In this document: piece after piece, positions 14,917-30,404 of the stretch
Layout: each line of letters opens with the position of its first letter
Numbering within the stretch: the stretch's first letter is position 1
From: Eledone cirrhosa
Taxonomy: Eukaryota
Direction of reading: 5' to 3'
NCBI GenBank assembly: GCA_964016885.1
Contig: OZ024751.1
Span: 48,980,001-49,044,000, forward strand
Length of the DNA stretch: 64,000 nucleotides
Position numbers and translations under genes: made by a program
The notes under the pieces: model-generated
What the model was told of the DNA's origin: nothing
What the model saw: the letters and a program-made list of their open reading frames with translations, nothing else
Databases searched by the model: none

Positions 14917-15411
14917 GTGAGGGTTCGAGTGGCTCAGGTTCCGCCCTCAGTGGAGATGGCTTGGTTGACGGCGGCCGTCCTCGCTGACGTTGAGGATTCA
15001 ACAACCATACTCAACGCCATGCGAATAAGACAGGAAAATTGGACAGGGTGGGAGATGGAGATAATCATCATCCAAGCAAACCATGAGAGCATTGAGCCCA
15101 TCCCCGATGTAATAGACCTGGACGATGGCAGCCATCTACCCGTGACTGTCGAAGGTAGGCGCCCAAGGTGTCATGGATGCGGTGACAAGACGCACCTTAA
15201 GGCATTCGGTCGCAAACTCACCAAAACAGGCACGCGCCCACCCCTTCTCCCCACGCCGTGCCCCGCAACAGGAGTGGACAAACAAACAAAGACCACAGTG
15301 GCAGAAGAGAAATCACCATCCCCAACAACAAAAGCACCATCTCTTCCACCACCCACAGAACCAATGGAAAGCATACGCCTTCCTGATATAACTAAATCGG
15401 ACAAGGAGTGA
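14917..15411 (+). pseudogene. LINE ORF1 (gag-like) fragment with degenerate CCHC zinc knuckle
   Basis: ...LPVTVEGRRPRCHGCGDKTHLKAF (CX2CX4H, last Cys lost), followed by a Pro/Thr-rich tail, upstream of ORF2. Confidence 0.65.
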
Positions 15412-16048
15412 GATGAGGCCGAAGACTGGAGAACTATTCCATCAAAAAAAGAAAGAATCCCCCCCCCCCCACACACACACAAAAAAATAGGAAGAAGGAA
15501 TCCTAAAAAAATAAAATAAAAACTACTCCACCTCCCCCACTACCATCAACAGCCACACCCCCACAACCACCTACGCCATCAACACCACCACCACCAACAC
15601 CACTGCCACCACCACCGCCGCCACCACCAGCACCGCCACCCTTAGCGTCTACCCCATGGTCACCTCCAACAACACGACAGCAAACACAGAAAGCACCAGC
15701 ATCCCAACAGCAGACACAATACACAGCCATAGACAGTTTTTAAATTACATTCAACACCACACCAACATCACAGAAACAAACTACGTACAAACCACCAAAA
15801 TTGCACCCACACACACATAAAAATAATAGATATCACACCAAAAAATTACATAACATTAAAAGAAAATGTTTCCCACATCAATTGGAGGCTACCGAGGGAA
15901 CATCACCAAAAGAATATTCACGGATATTCTCGTGGAGAAACCCACCAATGGTCGGAGGGATGGATCACCCACCCCCTTCCTAAAGAAGAGCCACATGTAA
16001 TTTTTGTACCTCTCCCCTCTCACTCGTTTTCCTCCTATCTTAGTCAAC

Positions 16049-16250
16049 ATGGCTTCTCTCAGAATAGGTAGCATAAATGCACGTGACCTGGGGTCTTGGA
16101 AGCAGAGCCACCTGCTGAACGATCTCAGGTCGCTAAACATAGATGCGGTGGCCATCAGCGAAACCAGAATCTCCGACGCACGGGCATTCGCAACCATTTT
16201 CGGCGGCTACGAGGTGTACACGTCTCCAAGCCGTCCCGGATCTGGAGGGA
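16049..16250 (+). pseudogene. LINE ORF2 apurinic-type endonuclease N-terminus (truncated)
   Basis: MASLRIGSINARDL...LNDLRSLNIDAVAISETR matches APE motifs I-II; similarity ends at a poly-G run near 16250. Confidence 0.8.
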
Positions 16251-16505
16251 GGGGGGGGGGTGGCTCTCAGACACGAGGGGTCGAAAGCAGTTCACCGAGG
16301 CCCGAGCGGCGGAGGCGCGTCATGGCAACAAAGCCGCGATCCGGTCTTTGGTCGACCACGACGGGCGCATGCTACTCGATCCCGGGTAAATGTGTGAAGC
16401 TTTTCAGCGACACTTCGCTCAGCTGTTCGGGGGAAGCGGCGGGCCGGATCGAGGAATGGACTTTAGTGCCTACCTCGACGGACTGCCGCGGCTCTCGGCC
16501 GTGGA

Positions 16506-16975
16506 GTGTTACGAAACGTGGAGTGTTGCGAAAAGCCGATAACAGCAGCTGAAGTACGGGATGCAATGATTGGTTGCACAAGGAGTAAATCGCTTGGTTT
16601 GGATGGTCTGCCCTATAAACTTTACATACAGATGGCAGACTTGTTTGGAGGCCTCTTGGGGGACGTCTACTGCAACTGGCAACAGAACGGGAGAATTCCC
16701 AGCTCTGTGAGCCGAGGAGCGGTGGCGCTGCTGAGAAAGGATCCGAACAAGGGAGATAACATAGATAATTTCAGGCCCATAACTCTGCTAAACACAGAGT
16801 TCAAGATTTTGGCCAAGGTGCTAGCAAAGAGGTTGGCGCTTGTCGTTGGTGGTCTGGTGGGAGAGGCGCAGACATGTGCCATTCCCGACAGATCCATCCA
16901 CGACAACCTCCACTTCATGCGATACATCGTAGAGAGGGTAGCTAGGGAACCTGGCACGGGTGGGTCCTTGATCCT
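16506..16975 (+). pseudogene. LINE ORF2 reverse transcriptase N-terminal part (truncated before DxxKAFD/YADD)
   Basis: PITAAEV...KSLGLDGLPYKLY...NFRPITLLNTEFKILAKVLAKRL...QTCAIPDRSIHDNLHFMRYIVE. Confidence 0.9.
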
Positions 16976-17295
16976 GGTGGTCAGGGTCACTGTGGCTTTT
17001 TTAATGGGCTTTCTCCACGAATGTCCCTCGGAAGTCTCCCCCCTATTGGGGAATTCTTTCATTGTTCTATTATTACAACCTCTGTTTTTTGTTTTATTTA
17101 CACGCAGAAATGCCCTTTTGTACCGTCCTGTATTGTCCTGTACTGTCCTTAATGTCTACTTTGTGTAAACCCTTGTGGTTACTAAAGAAAGCATTATTAT
17201 TATTATTAGTAGTAGTAGTATTGTCCCCACTGTCCGTGTATTGTCCCCATTGTCCCCTACATGTCGGCTCTTGTGGGCCAATAAATGAAATCATT

Positions 17296-17710
17296 GTGGA
17301 TTGGCAGTATCGGTAGAGAGTCGTACGCTATGCTTTCCAGCATAGAGTTACGTCCCTTTACGAAATGAGTTCAAATCCCGGCGAGGTTTATTTTGCCTTT
17401 CATCCTTACGGGGTCGATAAAGTACCAGTAATGTACTGGAAAATTCCTGGCCTTGTGCCAAATGTAGAAACTATTGTTATTATAAGGCCACTGGATTGGC
17501 TGTATTTGTAGAGCGTCGGATAATATGATTTGTAGCATATAGTTACGTCCCTTTACGTTCTGATTTCAAATTTTGCTGAGGTTATTTTCAACGTTCATTC
17601 TTCAGGGTCGATAAAATAAAGTACCAGTAACACACTGGCTTCGATTAAAGCGACTTTACCCTTCCCCAAAATTTGTTGGAACTGTGACTAAACCAGAAAT
17701 TATTATTATT
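17296..17710 (+). mobile_element. Two tandem type 1 SINE copies directly after the LINE 3' end
   Basis: gtggattggcagtatcggtagag...gagttcaaatcccggcgagg...gcctttcatccttacggggtcgataaa; second copy from ~17486. Confidence 0.8.
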
Positions 17711-18407
17711 ATACAAATATCGTTTTCTTTTTAATATTATCATAAAAGAGAATCAACGGGAAAAATGTGTTTAATGAATTTCAAAATGGCGTTGATTTCA
17801 AATTAATTTCGGTTGAATTATATAGCATGAATTATACTATATTAAAATATAAATTATCAAGCATGAATCACGCGTACACATACTCACACAGAAATACGCA
17901 TAAAAACACACACAGACACACACACACACACACACACTGACACAAACACACACACACATATGTTAATTCTATTTCTGATCAGGTAGGATCATTTTGACCT
18001 CTCCGTTAATTTTCCATAAATTATTCTGATTCATCTTAGTAAGGAGAGACCCTAAACAGCAGATCCTCGTAATTATAACTATCCTATAGATCTTCCCTTC
18101 GGTGGATCTTGGATAGGATTGAAGAAATCGCTAAGTAGGAACAGAGAGAAGGCGAAATTATATAATGTAAGCCAATCTGAGAAAACGCCTACGCTGACCA
18201 TACCCTAAAATCCCTTTCTCCCGTGGACAACGCATTTAACATGTTAACCAAATTGAATTTAGAAACACACACAAAAATATGTTTATATCGTAGAAAACAT
18301 TCCATAACATTCCATAACAGTAAAATTTAAATAACTCCAATCGATTCCTCGGCTTTTCTTAGCCGTAGTTACAGATGCATCTCGAAGGCAAAATGTGCAT
18401 GTGAAGA

Positions 18408-18546
18408 TGCATGGCTTAGTGGTTAGAGCATTGGGCTTGCAATCGAAAGATTAAGAGTTCAATTCTCGGACCAGGTGAAGTGTTGTTTCCTTGAGCAAGA
18501 CACTTTATTTCACGTTGCTCCAGTTTACTCAGCTGTAGAAATGAGA
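18408..18546 (+). mobile_element. tRNA-derived SINE type 2 (CORE-like)
   Basis: TGGCTTAGTGGTTAGAGC A-box, GAGTTCAATTCT B-box, ccttgagcaagacactttatttcacgttgctccagtttactcagctgtagaaatgag. Confidence 0.75.
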
Positions 18547-18550
18547 TGAA

Positions 18551-18648
18551 AGGAATGGAGTCCCTATCATTAAATCACCCAAGACACCTCCAACGAGATA
18601 GGAATGGGGTCCCTATCATTAAATCACCCAAGACACCTCCAACGAGAT
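18551..18648. repeat. 49-bp tandem duplication
   Basis: AGGAATGG(A/G)GTCCCTATCATTAAATCACCCAAGACACCTCCAACGAGAT twice. Confidence 0.9.
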
Positions 18649-18689
18649 ATACCTTGGAGGAGGCCAGCTAAACCTGCATAGGTGTGAGC

Positions 18690-19205
18690 TGTAACAATAA
18701 CAACAACTTCTACAATGGAAGGGATGAGGTCCTAAATCACAATGTAATGGTTGTAGGTACTGTGCACAGAGATAGTATAAGCATCGCCATGATTGTATAC
18801 CTAGGGATCTTCACTGGAACATCATGCAACAACAAAGGTTTGAAATGAGTGGTAAATTGTACCAACACCAAGCAGGCTGAATGCCATCGAAGATAGACCT
18901 TGAAATATAGCTAGAACACAGGACATAGTATTGGCAAGCCATGAATTGAATGTATAATCGTTGTGATAGCCATTTCTTCTGACACTAACATCACCAGCAA
19001 GGAACGGAGAAAGGCTGAAAAGTATCAAGATCTTGCTAAGGAGATAAAAAGATTGTGGAATGTTTCTACAAAAGTAACAATTATTGTTACTGGTACATTT
19101 GCGACTGTTACTAACTGAAAAGAAATAATCCTGTAATAGTATTGGTCTGATACTCTGGATTATTGGGTACAGCAAAAATCATCAGAAAGGCAATTCAGAT
19201 CTAAG
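18690..19205 (+). pseudogene. 3' remnant of an R4/Dong-clade non-LTR retrotransposon (zinc knuckle plus restriction-like endonuclease)
   Basis: Manual translation across frameshifts: EVLNH, YKHRHD, LHW, QDIVL, CIIVVIAISSDTNITSKERRKAEKYQDLAKEIKRLWNVSTKVTIIVTGTFATV, LLGTAKIIRKAIQI*. Confidence 0.8.
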
Positions 19206-21981
19206 GATACCAGATATGACCCAAAATTGCGTACAAAAGATCCAATTTATTATAACACAATTAGCAGAGAAATGCATGCCTGACAATTGAAAAGGTAAAA
19301 CTTTGATTGTAGTACAGGATCAAAGGTTTTGTTCAACGTAATGAAAAAGCATACATTATATAACTGTTGATAAAGTCGATAGTATGATAAAAATATTCAC
19401 TGTATTGTTTCCAATTTCTCAATCTTAATCAGTAGGGAATACACCCACGGACATTTGGATTTACACATACTGGAAATTATGACAATATTATGTAAGACCA
19501 ATATCAAATAAGGGGGTGTAATGTATACTAAAGAAAGTACTTACAGAATCAAGTAGATCAAGGATAAACTGCTAGATATTGTTCTTTAATATTATCTGTA
19601 GAAGAAAAACACAAAGAAATACAGGTCTTAATAGAAATGTTAGTCATAACAGATGATTAATATAGAGCTAACACTAATGTGGGGATTGAAAGTAGTAACA
19701 ATCCTTACAATTATAGATACAATTATTTAAAGAATTGCTTGCATGTCGAAAACCCCCAGCATTTATACAGATACAAATTATACAGTAATTATACAGATAC
19801 AAAATATTACAGAGGATGATACTACAAAGTATTACACAGACTATGAAGAATGCGTTCGTGTCAAGACAATACAAAAACAGAATTAAGTCCCTACCTAAGG
19901 TTTAGACAACTAGGCGCAACAATGTATTCAAATAACTACGATGACAGCGACGATGATGATGATGAAGTAATAATAATAATTATTAATATTATTGCTCTTC
20001 TGATTATAATTATAATAATTATTATTATTACTTTTATTATTATTATTATTGTTATTAAATTGGGGATATTTAAAACGAAAATGCCGAGAATAATGATGAA
20101 TTGAAAGGAGAGAATATTCCATATAATAACATAGTGAATGGTTGTAATCGTAAGAAGATGACGAAAAACTTGAAGCAAATATAGTTTCATTGAAACAGTT
20201 TTTTGTTTTCACAAGCCAATATGGAACTCTAGCAAGAAAGAATATATAGAAATAAAATAGAATAATTCAGACAATTCAATTGAAACGCCTTGTTTTGGAA
20301 GGAGAATATGTTATTTCGTAAATATTATTTTTGTATGAAATAGAAGAGTGTAGATTTCTTGGATTGAACAAGAAAATGTAATTGATTTTCAATGAGGTGG
20401 TTTTTTGAACGATAAAGATTCAGGGAGTAATAAGTTTCGATAGATAGATAGAGCGATTTGAGAAATATATAGAGAATTAAATGTAACAGTAACGTGGGAA
20501 CGAAATATTATTCCACAAACAAACGTAAATATTTATATATAAGTTACATACACGCATTGCTGTTTAGTTCTTGGTGAGCCCAGATGATTCTTACAACTCA
20601 TCAAAGCATTCTTAATATATACAAAACTACATCATGTCGTGTTCTTTATATTATTTAAACAACAAATCGATTTAAATGAGATTTGACTGCTATTTTCAGC
20701 ATACCTAGTGCACAATCTATAGGTCTTTATTCTTGTATAGCTTCGGTTCCCCTCTATTTTATTGTAATGAAGTTACTGCTATGTCTAGGAAATTCGCTAA
20801 CACCATAGCGTTTCTTCCGTTGGCGCGAAGTGTAGGGTTTATGAAAATGAAAGCATATAGGCTCTTGAGTGAAATATTAACGATGTAAAATGATTAAACA
20901 TGTGTCAGATTTGTCGTTCGTTAATTAATGCACTGATCTCATTAATGACATTTCTGTACTAATTGAAAGGGAATGGTGTTCATATAATATGAACTATCCT
21001 GATCGGATGGAAATTGAGTTAACTGACTGACATCTTAACATAATATTAGCGGATCTAAATTGACCTCAAGATATAGTCAGATATATAATGTACATACTAG
21101 CATCTGCTTGGCTCATGGAAATGAACAGGTTGACAACTTACATTGTGATACTTAAATATATGGAGGGGAGTATGACTGAATTAGGAAGATGTTTGCATTT
21201 TATGAGGGCCTACACATTGAGATGACAACATACTTATTACAGAGGAGAGTATGGCTGCAAATCATGTTCCCAATTCGATGTTTATGTGTGCCACTTTGTA
21301 CAAGCGTTTTTTAAATTTAACATATGTATCAGGTTTTACAAAGAGCTGTTCGGTAATCATAAGTTATATATGTTACATTAGATTTTTATTTCAGGGTTCG
21401 CTTCTTACGCAAGCACACGCACACATACCAATACACAGGTATGCACACGTAAACACACACGCTCGCACTTGCGCTGACACACACACATGCGTTTACAAAT
21501 ACATGCACGCCCATAGATATAGGCGTAAGGACGAGAGAGAGAGAGAGAGAGAGAGAGACGACCACACAGATGTCCAGCGTCATGGGAATACTATTAACTA
21601 TTAAGACCTCAGAAATATAAAGCTATAAACAAAAGTAAAATGACATTGAGATTATAATAAATATGTTTCAAAGGGGGACATAAAGTTCACGGAAATTTCA
21701 TACTTCAGCCAATCTCAAAGACATATTTCTTCAGATGACAATTCCTACCTTTAATAATTTCTTCTTCTTCTTCTTCTTCTTCTTCTTCTTCTTCTTCTTC
21801 TTCTTCTTCTTCTTCTTCTAAAGTATTTATGCATTTTTTCAAATATATATGTTTATTAGATATTTAGGCATAAGTACAAAAACATAATTTCGGAAACATT
21901 TATATAAACACACACACGCATACAGAGAGCGGCACGCATAAACACACCTATACATTCACACACATAGGTATGTATACACAC

Positions 21982-22029
<48 letters not shown>

Positions 22030-22063
22030 TGTGTGTATGTGTGTGTGTATATTCTTGTGTATG

Positions 22064-22152
<89 letters not shown>

Positions 22153-22715
22153 TCACGTACGTGTCCCCGTCTTCACACACAGAAACGCACAGACATATAC
22201 AGATTGTTTAATGTTTACCTATATGTAAAAACCAAAGTAATGTTATAACATCTACATTAATGTGCCTAGGTTTCTGCATGTATATAGATTGGTGAGCATT
22301 TTAGTTTATCTTCCATAGATGTATGAGTATTTCAGCATATTTAAATTAAATAGCAACTATTTGTATTTCGCTGTGTAATGAATTTAATGAAATCTATTGC
22401 ATAATATCAGATTCTGCGAAAATGTCATTTTCGCTTTAAACATCTTACTCTTTTTGTTAGCCATTTTTTTCTTTATTCATATTTTGCAAATGGCGGATGT
22501 TATATTTTGACAGATTATTAAAATGTAACGATATTGAAAGCATGCGCATAACTATAGTTATATAAACATGCAACACAACCAAGAAACAACTAATTTATAC
22601 AAACGTATATATATACTATATTCATATATACACACACATATATGTGTATGAATATATATATATATATATATATATATTTAAACATATACATGATAAATAT
22701 ATACGATATGTATAT

Positions 22716-22773
<58 letters not shown>

Positions 22774-22782
22774 ATATATATA

Positions 22783-23225
22783 TGAAGTATTTCCGTCGGA
22801 AAGGTACAGGAAAAAAGAGTGCTCTATGTAGGCTACAGAGCTTATTAGATATATATATATACATATATATATATATAAACGAAGGAAATGTGGTAAGGGA
22901 CCATATATACATATATATATATATATAATGAAAGATTGAACAGGAACAAAACAGAGAGGCAATACAACGAATGTTTATTAATTTCACGTTCTTGAGAGTG
23001 GGGTGATGGTGGGGAACGACGTTACGGGCATAAGCCCTTCTTCAGGTGAAAAGTGTGTGGGAAGAGAGTTCAAAGGGTGTGTAGGGGAGTGGTGGAGAGA
23101 CATATAGCAAAAAGAGGGTGGGAGGAAACGGTGCAAATGAAATTAATATATATATATATGAAGTATTTCCGTCGGAAAGGTACAGGAAAAAGAGTGCTCT
23201 ATGTAGGCTACAGAGCTTATTAGTT
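22783..23225. repeat. Duplicated ~66-bp TA-flanked element end (22783-22848 and ~23158-23223)
   Basis: ATGAAGTATTTCCGTCGGAAAGGTACAGGAAAAA(A)GAGTGCTCTATGTAGGCTACAGAGCTTATTAG twice. Confidence 0.85.
23012..23052 (-). ncRNA. Minimal hammerhead-like motif within a TA-flanked element (22928-23150)
   Basis: Minus strand CAC-CTGAAGA-A-GGGC-TTAT-GCCC-GTAAC-GTC-GT (GAAA mutated to GTAA), with AATAAA ~35 nt downstream. Confidence 0.55.
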
Positions 23226-23307
23226 ATGTAATAAACAACATGAGATAATTATTAAACCACTGGTAAATGAAACAATTATCTTATATAGTTTTATATTACA
23301 TAACTAA

Positions 23308-23428
<121 letters not shown>

Positions 23429-23465
23429 TATATATATAAATATATATATATATAAATATATAAAT

Positions 23466-23514
<49 letters not shown>

Positions 23515-23520
23515 TACATT

Positions 23521-23566
<46 letters not shown>

Positions 23567-23622
23567 TATTTGCATATATATATCATATAAATAAGTATCA
23601 GCAGCCCCAACAACCACACGAC

Positions 23623-23683
<61 letters not shown>

Positions 23684-24124
23684 TGTATCGTTGATGAAGC
23701 AAATATAAACATATGTTAACATAAATACGAATGATTAGATCGTTATTATCATGATAATAATAATACAAATAGCAACAGAAGGATCGCAGATGAGATTGGA
23801 AAGTAGAAGGATAAGAACACTAGAGACGCTGAATACTTAGCAATATCTGTAGAAGTTGTAGTAGTCGTCGTTGCCGCAATATAACAGGTTTTCATTCAGA
23901 ACGTTCAGTAAATAAATCCAATAATAAAACATGTTTGCTATTGCTTTACATCTGCATTTTGTGTATGTCTATTATAACAGCTCGGAATTATTACTTTATT
24001 GTGAAATGACGTTAGAACCTTACATTTAACGAAGATTGTCTTTCCTTTCTCCATCACTATGTGAAATATACTTAAGAAAACAATTCAAACTTGAATGCAA
24101 TTAATGCAGTTGGGTACGTATATA

Positions 24125-24174
<50 letters not shown>

Positions 24175-24177
24175 GTA

Positions 24178-24231
<54 letters not shown>

Positions 24232-24276
24232 TATATGTATATATATACATGTGTATATATATATATATGTATATAC

Positions 24277-24389
<113 letters not shown>

Positions 24390-24438
24390 TGCATATATAT
24401 ATATATATATATATACACATGTATATATATATATACAC

Positions 24439-24495
<57 letters not shown>

Positions 24496-24633
24496 TACAT
24501 ATATATATATATGTATATATATATGTATATATATATGTATATATATATATATGTGTATATATATGTATATATATATATGCATATATATGCATATATATAT
24601 ATGTATTTATATATATATATGTATATATATATG

Positions 24634-24668
<35 letters not shown>

Positions 24669-24801
24669 GTATATACATATATATATGTTTGTGTATAAAT
24701 ATATATATACGTATATATATATACGTATATATATATATGTATATATATATATATACATATATATACATATATATATGTTTGTGTATAAATATATATATAC
24801 G

Positions 24802-24833
<32 letters not shown>

Positions 24834-24839
24834 CACATG

Positions 24840-24935
<96 letters not shown>

Positions 24936-24957
24936 TGTGTATAAATAGATCTATATC

Positions 24958-25004
<47 letters not shown>

Positions 25005-25041
25005 GTGTATATATATATATGTGTATATATATATATCTATC

Positions 25042-25100
<59 letters not shown>

Positions 25101-25128
25101 GCATATATATATATATGTATATATATGC

Positions 25129-25160
<32 letters not shown>

Positions 25161-25303
25161 GTATAAATATATATGTATATATATATATATAGATATATGT
25201 ATATATATGTATACATATATGTATATATATATGTATACATATATGTATATATATACGTATATATATATATATATATGTATATATATGTATATATACATAT
25301 ATG

Positions 25304-25419
<116 letters not shown>

Positions 25420-25421
25420 TC

Positions 25422-25455
<34 letters not shown>

Positions 25456-25639
25456 GATAACAAATTATCGTTATAGGTAATCCAGTTAGAGGTTGTGAAT
25501 ACTCCGTATTGCGGAATGTTTTAGCGTACGGCGTTGTTTGACTTCTTCTTTTTCTTTTTTTTTTCTTTTTCCTACTTTATATACTGATGTTGTGATTTGA
25601 ATTTTCCTAGTATATTACAAACGCGGTGTATAATTTTAA

Positions 25640-25800
25640 TCACTTTCTAATGATTTAAGCATACATTGTATTTAAATTTGAGTGACACAACTTCAAGTAA
25701 TTAGCAATTTTTAGACAACTTAATCAATGAAACTATTGTTAATACTGTAAATAAAACCCTCTTTGTACAGTTGACCATGTTATTCTTTACTCTTTCACTA
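25640..25800 (+). mobile_element. Family H element, second copy
   Basis: ctaatgatttaagc...tagacaacttaatcaatgaaactattgtt...gtaaataaaa...gaccatgttattctttactctttca aligns to 6767-6925. Confidence 0.7.
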
Positions 25801-25833
25801 TATATATATATATATATAATATACACATGTATC

Positions 25834-26039
<206 letters not shown>

Positions 26040-26250
26040 TGTTTGTGTGTGTGTATGTGTACACTTATATGCAGATTAAAAAATCCAATACCCGGAGACT
26101 GTAGGTAATCCAAGAGTAATCCAAAAGTCCGAATTGGAGTCAGTGTAAGTGTGGAAGTATATATCAAGAATACAAGAAACCATCAAAGAAACAGGAAGAT
26201 GTAATAATATAAAGTCTTATTAATTTCACGCTTAAAACACGTAGTGTTAA

Positions 26251-26769
<519 letters not shown>

Positions 26770-27129
26770 ATATATATATAATTAAATCTTCTTTGTCGAT
26801 GCTCCAAGATTTGACATATATGATTAACCGATTAATGGTGAAATATATTTCTCCAATGGAATATATACAATGGAGATCAATCATTATTGCAAGGTATCGA
26901 TATTGAAGGTCCTTGTTAATTTTTAATATGTTACCTCCGTAACTAAGTCTGTTTACAAATTATCCCCTGTAATTGTTTGATGTGTTTATTATATATATAT
27001 ATGTCATTCGACTTTTCATTTAATGTTAATAAATGCTCGGATTTACTACTTGGTATCTTTGAGCTTATTCCACATGTGGTATGGTGCATGCTTCTGATAT
27101 TCTCAGGCATCTTTAATCTAATTTTGGTA

Positions 27130-27165
<36 letters not shown>

Positions 27166-27169
<4 letters not shown>

Positions 27170-27547
27170 GATATTAATGATTGGAAACTATATTTATAAA
27201 ACCATATTTATTTCATTATACATATTTCAAGGATACAATGTTAAATTATGGTATGCCTTCATCAGACAAAATACATCCTGATGTCTTCCAAAAGTAACGG
27301 TCGCATTTTGAAAGGGTACGTCAATGTTTATTTATAAAACTGGTATATATTGTATTTTGTCTGATGAAGGCATACCATAATTTAACATGGTATCCTTGAA
27401 ATATGTAAAATGAAATAAATATGGTTTTATAAATATAGTTTCCATTTATTAATATCGTATATTTACTCCAAATACTTGTCGAGTGCTTTATATCAGTTAT
27501 AACAATATTTGCTTGTTGTATCCCAACAATTTAAATAGAACTTTTGC

Positions 27548-27549
<2 letters not shown>
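27166..27549 (+). mobile_element. Family B fold-back element with hammerhead core and ~85-bp tail
   Basis: Arms 27166-27275 and 27351-27462; CTGATGA-AGGCATACCAT-loop-ATGGTATCCTT-GAAA at 27361-27401. Homologs at 36135-36423 and 53815-54090. Confidence 0.75.
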
Positions 27550-27643
<94 letters not shown>

Positions 27644-28559
27644 ACACAAACACACACACACATATTATATTTATATATATAAAAGATAGATAGAGATAGG
27701 GAGAGTTTATACAATACAGGCAATAGGATTTATTTTCTATGTATTACTCATCACCTATCCTCCACACTTCACAGTGAAAGGTTTAAAGTCAGATGGCAGG
27801 CAGCATTGTCAATATATGAACATTTATATATCATTTCCCAGGGTCAACATCAAGTCATCCTTTTTGTTTCCGTAGGATGTTGATACATAACGCGATCTTG
27901 GATTATCATGAAGTATAATTGTCTAAAACAAAACAAAGTTTATTAGTGCTCGAATATTTCTACCCTTTGTTTATTGACCGTGGTTTCTCTATTATCATGC
28001 TGTTTCATGCGCCATTGATGTCTGTAATGCTCTATCACATATAAGTGACGGAATTATTAGAGACGGATCGGAGGCCAATACAGAATTAATCTATAATCGT
28101 ATGGGGCAATATAACCAGCTTGTTATTACTTTAACATTTTCAATTATGAGTATCTAACGTACAATAAAATCTATTTCACTGGTGATGAAAAGAAGAAACA
28201 GAGGAGCAGGTGTTTCTTAATTATATAATTTCTTTTATTTGCGTTGATAAACATATTTATTTCACTAAGTTATAGCGGATTCAGAAATTCAACATTGAAT
28301 AATTGAATTATTTATATGGATGAATTATAACAGTGAACAGGATATAATTAATACAAAAAAAAAAAAAAATGATATGGACTGTACAAAAAAGAATTCATAA
28401 AGAAAACAAAGAAGTTCTATATAAAACCTATCGCATACAAATAATTCTGTAGATGAAAGATAAAGCTACGGAATTGGCCTGGTGGTTATTGTTTGCGGAG
28501 ACCTGGTACAAGCTTTAGAGACATATTGAAGCCATGTATGTGTCTTTCGGTTTCCAGAT

Positions 28560-28940
28560 CTAATACGATATACATATGGATCGCAACTGAACATAAATGA
28601 TGATTCTGTGTACCGAAACGAATATTTGGCCGGTTTCCTCGCAAACATCTAGATGGCCATGGCTGAAGAGTAATGAGTGATGAGTTTAGTGATATGACAT
28701 TTGGTTAAACTGAGGTTTTTGATGAAGATCAGTTGTGTCATCTGGATGAGCGTGACATTGGTATTGTAACCCAAAAGACCCAATGCTTCTAACATACAAC
28801 ACTGATGGTGTGTCCAAGGTTTTACATGCGTGTATGTTAAAAAGAATCATGTTATGTGAGATTTGTATAGATGTTTCCTCGGATATTTTCTTCTAGTGTT
28901 ATAATGCCTCTTTCTGTCACCGTCTTCAGAAAGCAGGATT
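28560..28940 (-). mobile_element. Possible highly degraded RTE-like LINE 3' region
   Basis: Higher-complexity segment; minus strand aaaaccttggacacaccatcagtgttgt...accaatgtca resembles RTE C-terminal coding sequence. Many stops. Confidence 0.25.
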
Positions 28941-29075
28941 CATTAAGTAGGCATATGCTGGGCGGATCAGTAAACAGAAGTTGGTTATTGACGTAGGATT
29001 TGGACGGCTAAGCATTGGCTGCTTATATATGTTGTTTGATGTGTGTATGTGTATGTGTGTATGCATATATGTATT

Positions 29076-29139
<64 letters not shown>

Positions 29140-29220
29140 TGTGTGTGTGTGTATTTGCATGTAGGAATGTATATATATATGTGTCTAAGTAGGTATGTTT
29201 GTATTAATGTATATGTTGGC

Positions 29221-29260
<40 letters not shown>

Positions 29261-29515
29261 TGATATATATATATATACATATGTTGATATATATATATAT
29301 ATAAATGTATATATGTATATATATATATATATATATACATATATATGTATATATATATACATGTACATATATATATACATGTATATATATGTGTATATAT
29401 ATATATGTATATATATATGTATATATGTACATATATACATATATACATATATATATACATATATACATATATATATATACATATATAGATATATATAAAT
29501 ATCATATATATATAT

Positions 29516-29550
<35 letters not shown>

Positions 29551-29620
29551 CATATATATACACATATATATATATACATACATATATATACACATATATA
29601 TATATATATACATACATATA

Positions 29621-29718
<98 letters not shown>

Positions 29719-30404
29719 TACATACTTACACCCAGTTAAACACGTTTATACATGCATTATATTAGTCCACATTAAATAGTGATTTATAATTCAAGTAGAC
29801 GGGTGTATTTAGCGAATATCTGTAAAACTCGAAATTAGAAAACAAATGGAATAAAGAATATTGCTACTTGTGATTAGAAACTTTATATTTTTATTTTTAT
29901 ATTTAAATATATTTTTGATTCTTTCGTTATTAATGTACTCTCTTCTACTTTAATCTTTCCGATGTTTAATTCGTGTTTTTCCTTTCTTCCTGTCTTCCTC
30001 ACATTCTTTCTAAAGTATATAGCTTTACGTTTTTGCATCTTTCATATTACTTCTGTATTTTTTTAAAAATCTCTTTCATTCATTTATTTTTCATTTTTGG
30101 ATTTGTTTCTATATTTTTGGGGGTGGAAGTGGTGGGTAGTGGATTAAAAAAATAGTTTAAAAAAATTAATTAAAAAAAAATCTTTGATTCTGTCTTTTTA
30201 CTGTCTTTTAGGTTGATTTGTGTTCTTTTTCTTTTCCTTCTCCTTCTCCTTCTTCTTCTTCTTCTTCTTCTTCTCCTTCTCCTTCTTCTTCTTCTTCTCC
30301 CACGTGCTTGATGGAAATATAAATTTCCTCTGGATTACTTCTCAAACTCAAATGCCACTGTCATATTTGCCGCTTGTGGTCCAGATCACTAGAAAAGAAC
30401 ATTA

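Larger units (their letters stand above)
14560..17292 (+). mobile_element. Non-LTR retrotransposon, Tx1/L1-like, internally deleted and frameshifted
   Basis: ORF1-like region with zinc knuckle, APE endonuclease N-terminus, RT N-terminal motifs, and a 3' UTR ending ATAAATGAAAT. 5' boundary approximate. Confidence 0.85.
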
